Shown piece by piece: positions 20,164 through 29,829 of a stretch of 64,000 nucleotides of DNA (position 1 is the first letter of the stretch; each line of letters starts with the position of its first letter). Under the pieces are notes generated by a model. The model was not told the DNA's origin. It saw only the letters and a program-made list of their open reading frames with translations, and made no database searches. The DNA comes from Planctomycetota bacterium. GTDB lineage: Bacteria > Planctomycetota > JAJSAM01 > JAJVHW01. A program made the translations under genes and the position numbers. The stretch covers positions 1,408,001 through 1,472,000 of the forward strand of contig CBDFJG010000003.1 of assembly GCA_965248445.1 (NCBI GenBank), written 5' to 3'.

Positions 20164-21128
20164 TCGCCGACGCGTATCTGCCGACGTCGCCGGGGGTGTT
20201 CAGCGCCATCGCGTGGACGCTCGTGGTCGTGGCGCTCGTGGGGTTCTGCGTCGCGCGCATCCGAAGCGCCGCAATCGCTCGGCTCCTCGCGTGGTCGATC
20301 GTCCTCGGGACGGTGGGCGCGTTGCACATCGGGCTCCTGTGGCAGCCGGGCGGGTTCCGGATGCTGGCGCTGGTGGGCGGTCTCCTGTTCGCGATGAAGG
20401 CCGTGGTCGCGGTCGAGGCGCGCCAGGAGGGCACGTCTCTCGACCTGCTGTCGTATCTCGGCTTCACCGCCCTGTGGTTCGGGATGCGTCCACGGATCTT
20501 CGCAGAGCGGTCGGCGGCGGCGCGCAACGGAGCCGGCGGTCTCGTGCGCCGCGGGATCGTGCGCATGGCGATGGGTGTGGTGTTGATCGGTGCGGCGCGC
20601 GCGGTCGCGCAGGAGACCGGATCGCGACTCGCCGCAACGCTCCTGCTGCTGCCGGGACTCAGCCTGCTGTTGCACTTCGGTCTGTTCAACGTGGCTGCGG
20701 GGGCGTGGCGCCGGTGGGGAGTCGACGCGCGGGCGCTGTTCCGCGCGCCGCTCCTCGCACAGTCACTCGACGAGTTCTGGAGCCGGCGCTGGAACGTCGG
20801 CTACTCGGAGATGACGTCGCTCGCGGTGTTCCGTCCGCTCCGCTCGACCCTCGGATCGACTGCGGCGACCATCGCTGCGTTCCTGTTCTCCGGGCTGCTG
20901 CACGAACTGGCGATCAGCGTGCCGGTGCGGGCCGGCTACGGACTGCCGTTCGTGTACTTCGCCTTGCATGGCGTCGCGATGGTCGCGGAACGCCGGCTCC
21001 GCGCGGGCGGGTGGCTGTCCGGGATGATGGGGCGGATCTGGACGGTCGGCTGGGTCGTGCTCCCCACGCCGATCCTGTTCCACCGCCCGTTCCTGGAGGG
21101 CACGATCTGGCCCCTGATCGGGGCGTGA
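20160..21128 (+). CDS. MBOAT-family (wax synthase-like) membrane O-acyltransferase
   Basis: Multi-TM; LLHFGLF, LFRAPLLAQSLDEFWSRRWN, AFLFSGLLHELAISVP. Confidence 0.88.
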   Translation: MIADAYLPTSPGVFSAIAWTLVVVALVGFCVARIRSAAIARLLAWSIVLGTVGALHIGLLWQPGGFRMLALVGGLLFAMKAVVAVEARQEGTSLDLLSYLGFTALWFGMRPRIFAERSAAARNGAGGLVRRGIVRMAMGVVLIGAARAVAQETGSRLAATLLLLPGLSLLLHFGLFNVAAGAWRRWGVDARALFRAPLLAQSLDEFWSRRWNVGYSEMTSLAVFRPLRSTLGSTAATIAAFLFSGLLHELAISVPVRAGYGLPFVYFALHGVAMVAERRLRAGGWLSGMMGRIWTVGWVVLPTPILFHRPFLEGTIWPLIGA

Positions 21129-21195
21129 ACAAGCCGCCTCCGCCGAGCGATTGCACGGGAAGAGAGTTCCTCGCAACCGCCCGGATAGCGAGGGC

Positions 21196-21381
21196 ACGCG
21201 GCTTGCGGAGCCAGCCGCGTGACCGAAGCCCTCCGTAGCGTCCGGAGGACGCGTAGGAGGGAGACAACCCCACGCCGAAGGCGTGCGGGTTGTGGCCCGC
21301 AGATCGCCACGCGATCTGCGGGCCACAACAGTCCGTCAAGTAGTGGCTCCGGCGCGAAGCGCCGGAGCCACTACTTGACGG
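21196..21381. repeat. Cluster of five consecutive hairpins (REP/BIME-like or bidirectional terminator)
   Basis: Perfect 19-bp IR (21289-21329, CAC loop), perfect 23-bp IR (21333-21381, GAA loop), plus CACGCGGCT/AGCCGCGTG, CCCTCC-GCGTCC/GGACGC-GGAGGG and CACGCC-GAA-GGCGTG between convergent genes. Confidence 0.75.
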
Positions 21382-23020
21382 CGGTCGTCCCACCCGTGTC
21401 TTTAGCGAGCCCCGCCATGAACTCCGTATCGGCATCCTTGCCGAGCGCGATCGTGTGGATCTGAATTCGGCGGGACTTGTTGAGGTCCACGATGGCCTTG
21501 CGGATCTGCTTGGTATCCGTCAGTTCGCCCACCGTGGGGCGGCCGTCGCTCAGGAGGATGACAGTGTCCACGGCGGCGTCACCCGAGGGATCGCTGCCAC
21601 GCTTCTTGCCCCTCCCGACGTCTCCGAGGTCGAACGCGGCGACCAACGCGTCGTACGTTGCGGTGCCACCCACGACCGGTGATTCGCGGATGAACTCGAC
21701 GGCCTCGAGGCGTGTCTCCCGCGATGCGACGATCATCGTCCTGCGCCACATGCGCACGTCGCTCGAGTAGAAGACCATGTTGAACATCGCGCCGTCTTCG
21801 AGCGCGAGGACCGCGCGCTCGAGCTCGGCCTTGGCGAGTTCGGCGCGAGTGCGTTTCTTGCCCTTCTCACCGACCTTCTCGTTCATCGAGCCGGAGACGT
21901 CGATGACGAACACGAGCCGCCGGCTGCGGGTGTCGACGCCGAAGAACCCCGTATCCGAGTCGCGCGGATCCTTCTCGGCATCCACGTCAGTCGTGGCGGT
22001 CTCCGGGTCCACACCACCGTCGCCGCCCTCCGCCGTGGGGTCGTCCTCGTCCTTCTCGGGCTCCGGTTCCGGCGGCCCGGCGTACGCCTCGCGGTTGACG
22101 TTCCACCACGCCGACCAGCGCTCGGCGTTGAGGCCGTACTGCTCGCCCGTGAGCGTGGTGAGCGCGCGCGCGCAGTCGTCGATCAGCCGTCCGTCCTCCG
22201 CGCCCATCGCCGCCAACAGCGCGTCGATCGTGTCCTTGGACGGCGTCCGCTCGAGCGCTGCGACTGCCGCCACGCGCACCAGCCAGCGCGCGTCCCCCAG
22301 CCGTTCGCGCAGCACCGGCAGGACACGGGCGACGTCCCGCCCGCCGAGTCCGTCGAGCACCTCGACGAGCACCCGCGGGTCGGACTCCTTGACCGCGGCG
22401 GCGAGCAACATTTCGAGTGCCCACGCGGTCGGCACGCCGCCGACCAGGTCCCACTGGGGCGCTCGCACGCCCCAGTCCTTGTCGACGAGCGGCCCCTTCT
22501 GCCACTCCTCGCGGACCGCAGTCTGATCCTCGGCGGAGAGACCCGCCACCAACGACCCGTGGGCCGTGAGCGCGCGGTCGAGGAGGTCGAGTTGCTCGTT
22601 CAATCGCCGCTGCGCCGTCTTGCGCTGGGCAGTCAGCTCGTCCAGCTCCATACGAATGGGCCAGCGGGGGTGCGTCTTCGGCTGCGGCTTCTTCTGCTTC
22701 TCGAACTGCTTGAGGTACTTCTGCAGCTTGTCGTCGTACGCCTCGCGGACCGGGCCGAGCTTCTTGTCGAGCTTGTCGGCCACGTCCTGCGCGTCGTCGA
22801 TCCGGTCCCGCGTGACGTCCATGCACCAGAGCAGTGCGCCGAGTGCCTTGCGCTCCCCGGATACCGCGAGTTCCTCGATGACCTCCTCGCGCTCGGAGAG
22901 GTAGCTGCCCTTGCTGAACCGCTTCTTGTACGTCTTCAGGACGTCGCCGCCGGCCAGCGCGATCCCGGCCAGGACCAGGAGTCCGAGCACGACGGCGACG
23001 GCGCGGGAGCGGATCTGCAT
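21371..23020 (-). CDS. Secreted HEAT-repeat + VWA domain protein
   Basis: Signal peptide; HEAT-like DARWLVRVAAVAAL; VWA MIDAS FVIDVSGSM, GGTATYDAL, ILLSDGRPT, IHTIALG. Confidence 0.88.
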   Translation of the reverse strand: MQIRSRAVAVVLGLLVLAGIALAGGDVLKTYKKRFSKGSYLSEREEVIEELAVSGERKALGALLWCMDVTRDRIDDAQDVADKLDKKLGPVREAYDDKLQKYLKQFEKQKKPQPKTHPRWPIRMELDELTAQRKTAQRRLNEQLDLLDRALTAHGSLVAGLSAEDQTAVREEWQKGPLVDKDWGVRAPQWDLVGGVPTAWALEMLLAAAVKESDPRVLVEVLDGLGGRDVARVLPVLRERLGDARWLVRVAAVAALERTPSKDTIDALLAAMGAEDGRLIDDCARALTTLTGEQYGLNAERWSAWWNVNREAYAGPPEPEPEKDEDDPTAEGGDGGVDPETATTDVDAEKDPRDSDTGFFGVDTRSRRLVFVIDVSGSMNEKVGEKGKKRTRAELAKAELERAVLALEDGAMFNMVFYSSDVRMWRRTMIVASRETRLEAVEFIRESPVVGGTATYDALVAAFDLGDVGRGKKRGSDPSGDAAVDTVILLSDGRPTVGELTDTKQIRKAIVDLNKSRRIQIHTIALGKDADTEFMAGLAKDTGGTTAVK

Positions 23021-23059
23021 TCCCCGATGGTAGCGGCGAGGGGCGCCCGTCCCACACCC

Positions 23060-23090
23060 GGAGACCGCCGGAGACCGCCCGAGACCGCCC
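23060..23090 (+). repeat. Short 10-bp tandem repeat (GGAGACCGCC x3)
   Basis: ggagaccgccggagaccgcccgagaccgcc, intergenic upstream of the VWA gene. Confidence 0.6.
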
Positions 23091-23116
23091 CGCCACGGCC
23101 GCCCGCTGCGTGCCCG

Positions 23117-24262
23117 CTACCCGGTCTCGTCCGGGTCGAGCAGGACCGGCACGGGCTCGTCCGAGGCGTAGACCTGGCTCTCGTCCGTCCCGTCCACCTC
23201 CCGGCGCAGCAGGAAGTAGAGGTCGGTCAGGCCGCCCACGGCGTACGAGATCATGAACCCGCGCACCAGCGACATCGCAAGAGCCGTCATCAGCCAGGCA
23301 ACCCAGACGTTCAGCACGGCGCCGCCCTCGACGACGGAGGAGTCCGGCCACGAGAGCGTGCGCCCGGCAGCGAATCCCTCCTGCAACGCCACGGCTGCCG
23401 TGTCGTTCCACGAAGCGCCCAGCGTGAACGCCTGGAGCCACACGTAGTCGATGAACCAGTGACCCAGTTTCCAGATGATGCCGGAGACCACCGCGACGAC
23501 ACCCACTCCGGCAACGAACGTGACCGGCCGCGAGAAGGCGTAGGAGTACGTGCGCGAAACCGCGTCCAGCATGCCGTTGCGCTCCGTCGCGAGTGCCGCG
23601 TGCAGCAGCGGCACTCCGAAGATGCCGCCGAGTGCAATCACCATGACAACGAGACTCGCGAGGAGCGCCACCGGATGCGCCACGATCTGGAGGACGCCGC
23701 CTGCCCACGGCACCGCGGACAGCGCACCGCATGCCGCCGTCACGGCGACGAAGAACGCCGCAGCTCCGACGATGAACAACGGCGCGAACAGGAATGCACG
23801 CAGGTTCTTGAAGACGAAGCCCAACGCGTCATCGGGACCGACGGTCTCGTCCCGCGCAATCCGCACGGCGTGGACGCGCGCGAGCGATCCGGAGACGATC
23901 GACCAGACGATCACGAGCAGCACGGTGATCAGCACGTACTGCCAGACGTGCAGTCCCTCGCCGACCTGCACCGCGGCGCCGGACATGGGATTGACGTCCG
24001 GATTCCCGAAGCCGAACTCCTGCAGGATCTGGCGCAGGAACGGCAGGTTCCCGAGCTGCTCGGTGAACTCGGTCACAAAACGCTGCTGGAGCACGCTCGA
24101 GTCGGCGTGGCCGCGACCGCTGCCACCCAGGGCGGACGCGAGGCCCCGCCAGAGGACCATGAGAAGGAGGTAGCCGATCGTGCCCAGCGCCAGCCCGCTG
24201 AGGTCGAAGTCGACCCTCGGCAGCTGGAGCGCCGCGCGGCGACGCTGGCCCGGACCCTGCAT
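23117..24262 (-). CDS. Conserved polytopic membrane protein
   Basis: Several TM segments; DAVSRTYSY and C-terminal YFLLRREVDGTDESQV; GGAGAC upstream. Confidence 0.8.
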   Translation of the reverse strand: MQGPGQRRRAALQLPRVDFDLSGLALGTIGYLLLMVLWRGLASALGGSGRGHADSSVLQQRFVTEFTEQLGNLPFLRQILQEFGFGNPDVNPMSGAAVQVGEGLHVWQYVLITVLLVIVWSIVSGSLARVHAVRIARDETVGPDDALGFVFKNLRAFLFAPLFIVGAAAFFVAVTAACGALSAVPWAGGVLQIVAHPVALLASLVVMVIALGGIFGVPLLHAALATERNGMLDAVSRTYSYAFSRPVTFVAGVGVVAVVSGIIWKLGHWFIDYVWLQAFTLGASWNDTAAVALQEGFAAGRTLSWPDSSVVEGGAVLNVWVAWLMTALAMSLVRGFMISYAVGGLTDLYFLLRREVDGTDESQVYASDEPVPVLLDPDETG

Positions 24263-24420
24263 CTCCGTCTCCTCCCGGCTCGGCCTCCCGCGAGGCCAGC
24301 CGGGATGCTACCCCGGGGCCGTTCGGATCGACGCGGGAGACCGCCGGTCGGTCAGGGTCAAGTCCGGTCCGCCGCATCCCCGATGCGGATGTGGCAAGGC
24401 TCAGCGTGGAAGGACCGGAA

Positions 24421-24765
24421 ATGCGCGCGCACTCATCGCACGGAATCCGAGTCGAGGATCTCGACCTGGAGACCGCCGTGCTGACGCCTCAGAACGGGTT
24501 CCTGACGCACGCCTTCGCAGACCAGCTACGGGGGCAGTTCCGCGACATCATGGCCGCTCGGCTGGCTGACGGGTTCCTGACGATCGTCGTGGATCTCCAG
24601 AACGTCACCGAGGTGGACTCTTCGGGCCTGGCGCTCCTCCTGGGGATCAGGAGGCGCGCGGAGGCCGGGAGCGCGATGTTCACGCTCCGGGGCCTCACGC
24701 CGCCGGTCAAGCGGATGATCCAGCTGACCAACTCCGGCCCTGCGCTCGGCCTCGACCAAGACTGA
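24421..24765 (+). CDS. STAS-domain anti-sigma-factor antagonist (copy 1; start may be 24391)
   Basis: IVVDLQNVTEVDSSGLALL, LRGLTPPVKRMIQLT. Confidence 0.85.
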   Translation: MRAHSSHGIRVEDLDLETAVLTPQNGFLTHAFADQLRGQFRDIMAARLADGFLTIVVDLQNVTEVDSSGLALLLGIRRRAEAGSAMFTLRGLTPPVKRMIQLTNSGPALGLDQD

Positions 24766-24880
24766 GCGTGGCCAGTCTCAGCGCCACCCCAAGGGGGGCT
24801 GTCTCTCTAGTCCAGGGTCAAGTCCAAGGCTGGCCGGTGCCGATGAGGCGGAGGAGCCCCATGCGGGGAGGTAAACACCC

Positions 24881-25267
24881 ATGAACGCTCACACAGCATT
24901 GCGAATGAAGGTCGAGGACGATCCCGACCGCTCGATCACGACCCTCACACCGAAGGACGCGTACCTCAACTACGCGTTCGCCGACCAGTTGCGCGGCCCG
25001 GTGAAGGAGATCGTCTCCGAGCGTATGAAGGGCGGCGTTCGTCACATCGTCATGGACCTGCAGAACGTCGACGTGATGGACTCGTGCGGCCTCTCGGTTC
25101 TGATCGGACTCAAGAAGCTCGCCGAAGAGGGCCAGGCCACGTTCTCCGTGTGCGGGCTCGCTCCGATGGTGCGGCGCCTGTTCAAGCTCACCAAGCTCGA
25201 GCGCGTCTTCGACATGCACGAAGACGCCGAGACGGCCCGCGAGGCTGTCGCCTCCGCATCCGCCTAG
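24881..25267 (+). CDS. STAS-domain anti-sigma-factor antagonist (copy 2)
   Basis: IVMDLQNVDVMDSCGLSVL, VRRLFKLTKLERVF; strong SD GGAGGT. Confidence 0.9.
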   Translation: MNAHTALRMKVEDDPDRSITTLTPKDAYLNYAFADQLRGPVKEIVSERMKGGVRHIVMDLQNVDVMDSCGLSVLIGLKKLAEEGQATFSVCGLAPMVRRLFKLTKLERVFDMHEDAETAREAVASASA

Positions 25268-25330
25268 TCGCTACCACGAACGACAACACGGCCCGGCGAG
25301 TGCTGACAGCACTCGCCGGGCCGCTTCGCG

Positions 25331-25990
25331 TCAGCGGGCGCCGCGGCCGTCAGGGGAGACGCGCATCTGCAGGCGCCGCTGAATGGCGTCGGCGAACCAC
25401 GCGATGTCGTTGACGCGGCGCCGCAGTTCCCGGGCGCGCGGAACCGCGAAGCGCTCGGCAACCGCGGGCAACGTGCAATGGTCGTGGTCGTAGTCCAGGA
25501 CCGTCACCAGGTCGCTCTTGTGCGGCACTTCATGCGCTTCGAGCAAGCCGTCGAACGGCTCGAGACTCGGTGACCACAGCGAAAGCAGCTTGTGGTCGTC
25601 GAGGAACACCTCGAGTGTGCTCGCGGGGTCGTACGCGCCGAACCCCACCATCCCGTCCTGGAGCAGTTGGAAGCTGTAGCGGCGGAAGACCGACAGCACG
25701 GTCTTCCGCTCGGTGAGCGGGCTCACGTAGCGATCGACCTCGGGCCCGTCCGGGTCGCGGTCGAACTCTGCGTCGCTACGCCGCACCTCGAGAACGGCAT
25801 GCACCTGGCGCGGCAGGCAGGACATCGCCGCCGGGACGATCCGCGCGAGGCGGAGGACGCTGACCTGCGCCGTGAAGACGTAGTGAGGAGGCTCGTCCTG
25901 GCGCCACGCCAAGTCATAGCCCTCCTCGAGCGTCTTCTCCGGCGTCGCGAGGACGTCCAGGCCGATCGGTAGCACGAACTCTGCAGGCAC
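25331..25990 (-). CDS. Conserved hypothetical protein
   Basis: Protein-like 219-aa ORF with LLQDGMVGFG, EVFLDDHKLL, HDHC; TACTCT box 6 nt before GTG. Confidence 0.75.
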   Translation of the reverse strand: MPAEFVLPIGLDVLATPEKTLEEGYDLAWRQDEPPHYVFTAQVSVLRLARIVPAAMSCLPRQVHAVLEVRRSDAEFDRDPDGPEVDRYVSPLTERKTVLSVFRRYSFQLLQDGMVGFGAYDPASTLEVFLDDHKLLSLWSPSLEPFDGLLEAHEVPHKSDLVTVLDYDHDHCTLPAVAERFAVPRARELRRRVNDIAWFADAIQRRLQMRVSPDGRGAR

Positions 25991-26047
25991 GCCGGAAGAG
26001 TACCCCTCCCCGGCCGCCCCACTGCTTCTGAAGGGGGGACACCTCGC

Positions 26048-26716
26048 TCAGAAAGGCGCGGCGCACTCCGCATCGTCGTTGCGGGGTGTGTTCACGCGGG
26101 TGCTCACAGTGAACGTCTCGAGCTCGGGATCGTGTCCCGGCGACAGCAGCGGAACCACGCGCGCCGCGTCCGTGACGTCCGGGTCCAGCCAGAGGCCGTG
26201 GTCCGCCGTCCGAAGGACGCAGGGCATGCGGTCGTGAATGTCCCGCAGCTGCGCATTCGCAGCCTTCGTGAGGATGGTGAACGTCTCGAGCAGCTCGTCC
26301 CCACGGCCCCATCGCTCCCACAGCCCTGCGAACCCGAACGGCACGGCGTCGCGCTGCTGTATCCGCGTTGGAACCTTGCCATCGGCGGTCCGCTGCCACT
26401 CGTAGAACCCGTCCGCGAGGACCAGACAGCGCCGGCGCTTCATCGCGTCTCGGAACGAGGGCTTCACGGACGCTGTCTCCGAACGCGCGTTGATCATGCG
26501 GTTGCCGATCTTCACGTCCTTGGCCCAGAACGGCACCAGCCCCCAGCGCAAGAGCGCGCCCTCCTGCTTCCCGCCGTCCTCCCCCACCCGCACCACGAGC
26601 GACTGCTGCGTCGGAGCGATGTTCCAGCGCGGCACGAGATCCGCCGGCAGATCCCCCAGCTCGAAGAGCTCGGCAATCACATCCCCCGGAGCCGCCAACG
26701 AGTACCGCCCACACAT
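26048..26716 (-). CDS. SOS response-associated peptidase (SRAP/YedK/HMCES, abasic-site protection)
   Basis: N-terminal MCGRY (catalytic Cys2), RWNIAPTQ, RWGLVP, INARSET, RRCLVLADGFYEW, FAGLWE, IHDRMP, VNTPRND. Confidence 0.95.
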   Translation of the reverse strand: MCGRYSLAAPGDVIAELFELGDLPADLVPRWNIAPTQQSLVVRVGEDGGKQEGALLRWGLVPFWAKDVKIGNRMINARSETASVKPSFRDAMKRRRCLVLADGFYEWQRTADGKVPTRIQQRDAVPFGFAGLWERWGRGDELLETFTILTKAANAQLRDIHDRMPCVLRTADHGLWLDPDVTDAARVVPLLSPGHDPELETFTVSTRVNTPRNDDAECAAPF

Positions 26717-26825
26717 GGGCAGGAGGGTACCGCGCACCGGCGCCACACCGACGTGGGCTCGCAAGTGGAGAGGCTAGACCCGGTCTCGGAGGCGCGGTCT
26801 CGGGAGCGCCTCGTACGGCCGACCG

Positions 26826-26853
26826 GCGGGCGAGGGCGGAACCCTGCCCCTAC
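26826..26853 (-). repeat. GTAG-type REP element copy 2
   Basis: GTAGGGGCAGGGTTCCGCCCTCGCCCGC; a G-C stem pair of copy 1 is replaced by A-T. Confidence 0.75.
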
Positions 26854-27064
26854 GGAACAAAGTCCGCCCCCACCGTCGGAGCGCAGCTCAGCACCGGCTG
26901 GAGATCGGCGCGCCGCAGAGCGCGCCTACGCGGAGCGCGGGCGAAGGCCCGCGGCGGAGCGGAGAACAAGAATCGGGAACAGGACTCCGTCCTGTCCTCA
27001 CTCATCGTCCAGGGGAGGCGCGACGTGTGCGGCAGCACCCGTCGTGACCCCCATCGGAATCGAA

Positions 27065-27133
27065 GAAGGCGCCGGCCAAGGGCCGGCGCCTTCGAGTTTC
27101 CGGGGTCCCGGCGGAGCAGAGCTCCGCCGGGAC
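27065..27133 (-). terminator. Two tandem 13-bp hairpins downstream of the DUF11 gene
   Basis: GAAGGCGCCGGCC-aag-GGCCGGCGCCTTC (27065-27093) and GTCCCGGCGGAGC-aga-GCTCCGCCGGGAC (27105-27133). Confidence 0.65.
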
Positions 27134-27145
27134 TGGAGATCTGGA

Positions 27146-29413
27146 TCAGTACTGGTGCGTCGACTCGGTCTCGGTGACCGGGCCAGCCGTGGTGCTGTCA
27201 GCGGTCAGGCTGACACCCAGACGCACGTCGCCCTCGGCCGTCGCCTTGACGACGACGCGATAGGTGGCGCGAGCCTTGGGCTGCAGCGGACCGAAGGGCG
27301 CGAACGTGACGACCTGGCCACTCACAGAGTGGCTGGTGCCGGCGTGGCCCTGGGCGCTGACGAACGACTGTTGCGGAGGCAGCGTGACCACGATCACGAC
27401 GTTGTTGTCCGGGGCGGTGCCCTGGTTCGTCACGTCGATCACGTACGTCTCTGTTCCACCGACCTCGATGGGGTCATCCACATCGATGCACTCGAGCAAG
27501 ATGGCGGGGAGGCCCTCGACCCGGACCTCTGCGTCCGCACTGACGTCCGGCGCACAGTATGCGCGCGCGCTCGCCGTGTTGCGGACAGTGCCCTGGGTGT
27601 TGGCCGTCGTGACCATGTTGACAGTGCGGGACTCACCGACGTTCAGCGTTCCGAGGTTCCAGACAACCTGGTTGCCCTGGAGCGAGCCACCGTTGTCGGC
27701 GCTCTTGAACGTGGTGTCTGCGGGGACCGAGTCGGAAAGGACGACATCCTTCGCCGCCACGTCGCCGTTGCTTGTGACCGTCATGGTCCAAGTGATCGGG
27801 CGTCCCAACTTCCAAACCTGACCGTTGCTGCTCTTGGTGATCGCGAGCGAAGGCTGCTTGACCGTCGTGGTGCAGCTGGCGTCCGCCGTGTTGGCGTTGG
27901 ACGAGCTGACCGTGCAGGTGCGCGTGAACGTACCCGCGTTCGCGGCTGTGCAGTTCGCTTCGATCGAGCGGCTCTCGCCCGGCATAAGGGTGCCGATGAA
28001 GTGCTCGCCCGCAGGAGCGCAGTTGAGACCGGCCGGGTTCGTGCAACGAACCACCACGCCTTCGGCCGCGCCGTCACCGTTGTTGGTGACCGTGCAGCGC
28101 CAGACGATCGGGTCGCAGCGGATGACCTCGGACGGGCAGGTGCAAGTGATCGAGAGCTGCGGCGTGCGCTTCGGCTCGATCTGCGTCGTTGCCTGGCAGT
28201 CGTGCGTCAGTGCGCCGTTCTCTGCGGAGACAGTGGCGCGGTTGTTCGCGCTGCCGGCGCCGGTCGCGGTGACCGTGACGCTCATGCTGCGAGATCCGCC
28301 TGCCTCGAGGCTGCCGACGTTCCACGTGACGGTGTTGCCACCGCCGGAACCACCAGCCGAAGCCGACACGAAGCTGACGTTGTTCGGCAGCGTGTCAGTC
28401 ACCGTCACACCACGCGCGTCGATGTCCGACGGGTTGTTGATGGTGATGTTGTAGTCGAACGTGTCGCCGACCGTGACCATCGACGGTCCGGTCTTCGAGC
28501 AGTTGATCTCAGGCTTGACCCACGTCTTGCGGACGACGCCCGAGATGATGTGCTTCTCGGGGATGCAGCAGGCGGCGTTGGCCGGCTGGACGATCGAGAT
28601 CTCGACGTCGTTCGTGCCGACCTGACCACTGCCGTTCAGCGTCGCGCTCGCGACACCCGACGAGTCGGTCATGACCATGACGGACTGACCGCCGCCCTGG
28701 AAGGACGCGGACGGCCCACCGATGATCTCGTAGTTGACGTGGTAACCGACGAGCGGCGTGCCGTCGCTGTAACGCATCACGCGAGTCGTGAACGTGTGAG
28801 GCGAGCCAATGCGGTTCGTGGCATCGACCGGCCACTCCCACGTGACGTCCATCCAGTTCTTCGTCGCGAACGCCTTGTGCTTGTCCCAGTTCGAGATGTT
28901 GGGCGCATAGGCGATGACGTTCGAGGTGCCCTCGGACGCCGACGTGATCACGGCCCAGGTCTGACCCGGTCCGATCTGGACGTCATCCGACGAATCGGCG
29001 TTGCCGCGGTCCAGCACGTAGCCGCTCGATGCGGTGCGCGACATGGCGTAGCCATTGTCGACCTTCTCACCACCATCGACGTCGACGATCGCGCCGTCAC
29101 CGGTCAGCATCCACTCGACCTTCTCGCCGGCCATCGGGTTGCCGTTCTGGTCGCGCACGGTCGCCACGAGGACGTGCTGTGTGCGAACAGGGTTGACGGC
29201 GACCTCGGGCGAGATCGTGATGCCGGGCGAACCGACGTAGACCACCGGCGGCGGCGCAGGAACCACGACGACGACCGGGGGTTGAACAACAACAGGGGCC
29301 GGCGGCCTAGGCGACTTGGGCTTCGTGTAGCACGAAGTACAACCCGACAGGCCGATGGCGACTGTGGCGAGCCCTGTGGCAAGCGACAGCCTCACGAAAC
29401 TTCCGCTCAGCAT
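27146..29413 (-). CDS. Cysteine-rich DUF11/Ig-like repeat lipoprotein (OmcB-like)
   Basis: Lipobox AIGLSGC; Ig-like repeats (KTGP..VTVGDTFDYNITINN, VTVTDTLP, VVWNLGTL..GESRT); C-terminal LLECIDVDDPIEVGGTETYVIDVTNQG; SD GAGGAG. Confidence 0.85.
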   Translation of the reverse strand: MLSGSFVRLSLATGLATVAIGLSGCTSCYTKPKSPRPPAPVVVQPPVVVVVPAPPPVVYVGSPGITISPEVAVNPVRTQHVLVATVRDQNGNPMAGEKVEWMLTGDGAIVDVDGGEKVDNGYAMSRTASSGYVLDRGNADSSDDVQIGPGQTWAVITSASEGTSNVIAYAPNISNWDKHKAFATKNWMDVTWEWPVDATNRIGSPHTFTTRVMRYSDGTPLVGYHVNYEIIGGPSASFQGGGQSVMVMTDSSGVASATLNGSGQVGTNDVEISIVQPANAACCIPEKHIISGVVRKTWVKPEINCSKTGPSMVTVGDTFDYNITINNPSDIDARGVTVTDTLPNNVSFVSASAGGSGGGNTVTWNVGSLEAGGSRSMSVTVTATGAGSANNRATVSAENGALTHDCQATTQIEPKRTPQLSITCTCPSEVIRCDPIVWRCTVTNNGDGAAEGVVVRCTNPAGLNCAPAGEHFIGTLMPGESRSIEANCTAANAGTFTRTCTVSSSNANTADASCTTTVKQPSLAITKSSNGQVWKLGRPITWTMTVTSNGDVAAKDVVLSDSVPADTTFKSADNGGSLQGNQVVWNLGTLNVGESRTVNMVTTANTQGTVRNTASARAYCAPDVSADAEVRVEGLPAILLECIDVDDPIEVGGTETYVIDVTNQGTAPDNNVVIVVTLPPQQSFVSAQGHAGTSHSVSGQVVTFAPFGPLQPKARATYRVVVKATAEGDVRLGVSLTADSTTAGPVTETESTHQY

Positions 29414-29829
29414 TCCCATCTCCTCACTAAGACTTCCAGGCACCCGGAGTTGGCGCGAACTCATCATCCGCCAAATCGGAAAACGCCGTTCCCGGCCTAG
29501 CCCAACGCAGCGCAATCTAAGCAGTCCGCTGTGCGTGACAAGGGGAATTTCGGCCTCCCAGGAACCGATCCCGGGAGCCCCGAAGCCGCCTCGACCGGAT
29601 CGCCGCCGCCAAGAACGGCGGCAGCCTGGCCGAAGAGACCTCTGCGCTTTCCTCCGAATCCGACGCCCCCACTCGGGGCGCACCGACCCATTCCTATGGA
29701 ACGGTCGGCCTTCCGCGTGCCCTCTAGTTGACTTCCAGGAGGCTGTGAGCACATCCCCCGTCGCCCCACGCGACGGACGAAAAGATGTCCCCAAACACGC
29801 CTTCCCGGCAACAATCCGCGACCCACGGA

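Noticed and set aside
26132..29500. 1122-aa plus-strand ORF
   Set aside because: Antisense shadow of the SRAP and DUF11 genes; Arg/Gly-rich with no motifs, typical of high-GC DNA
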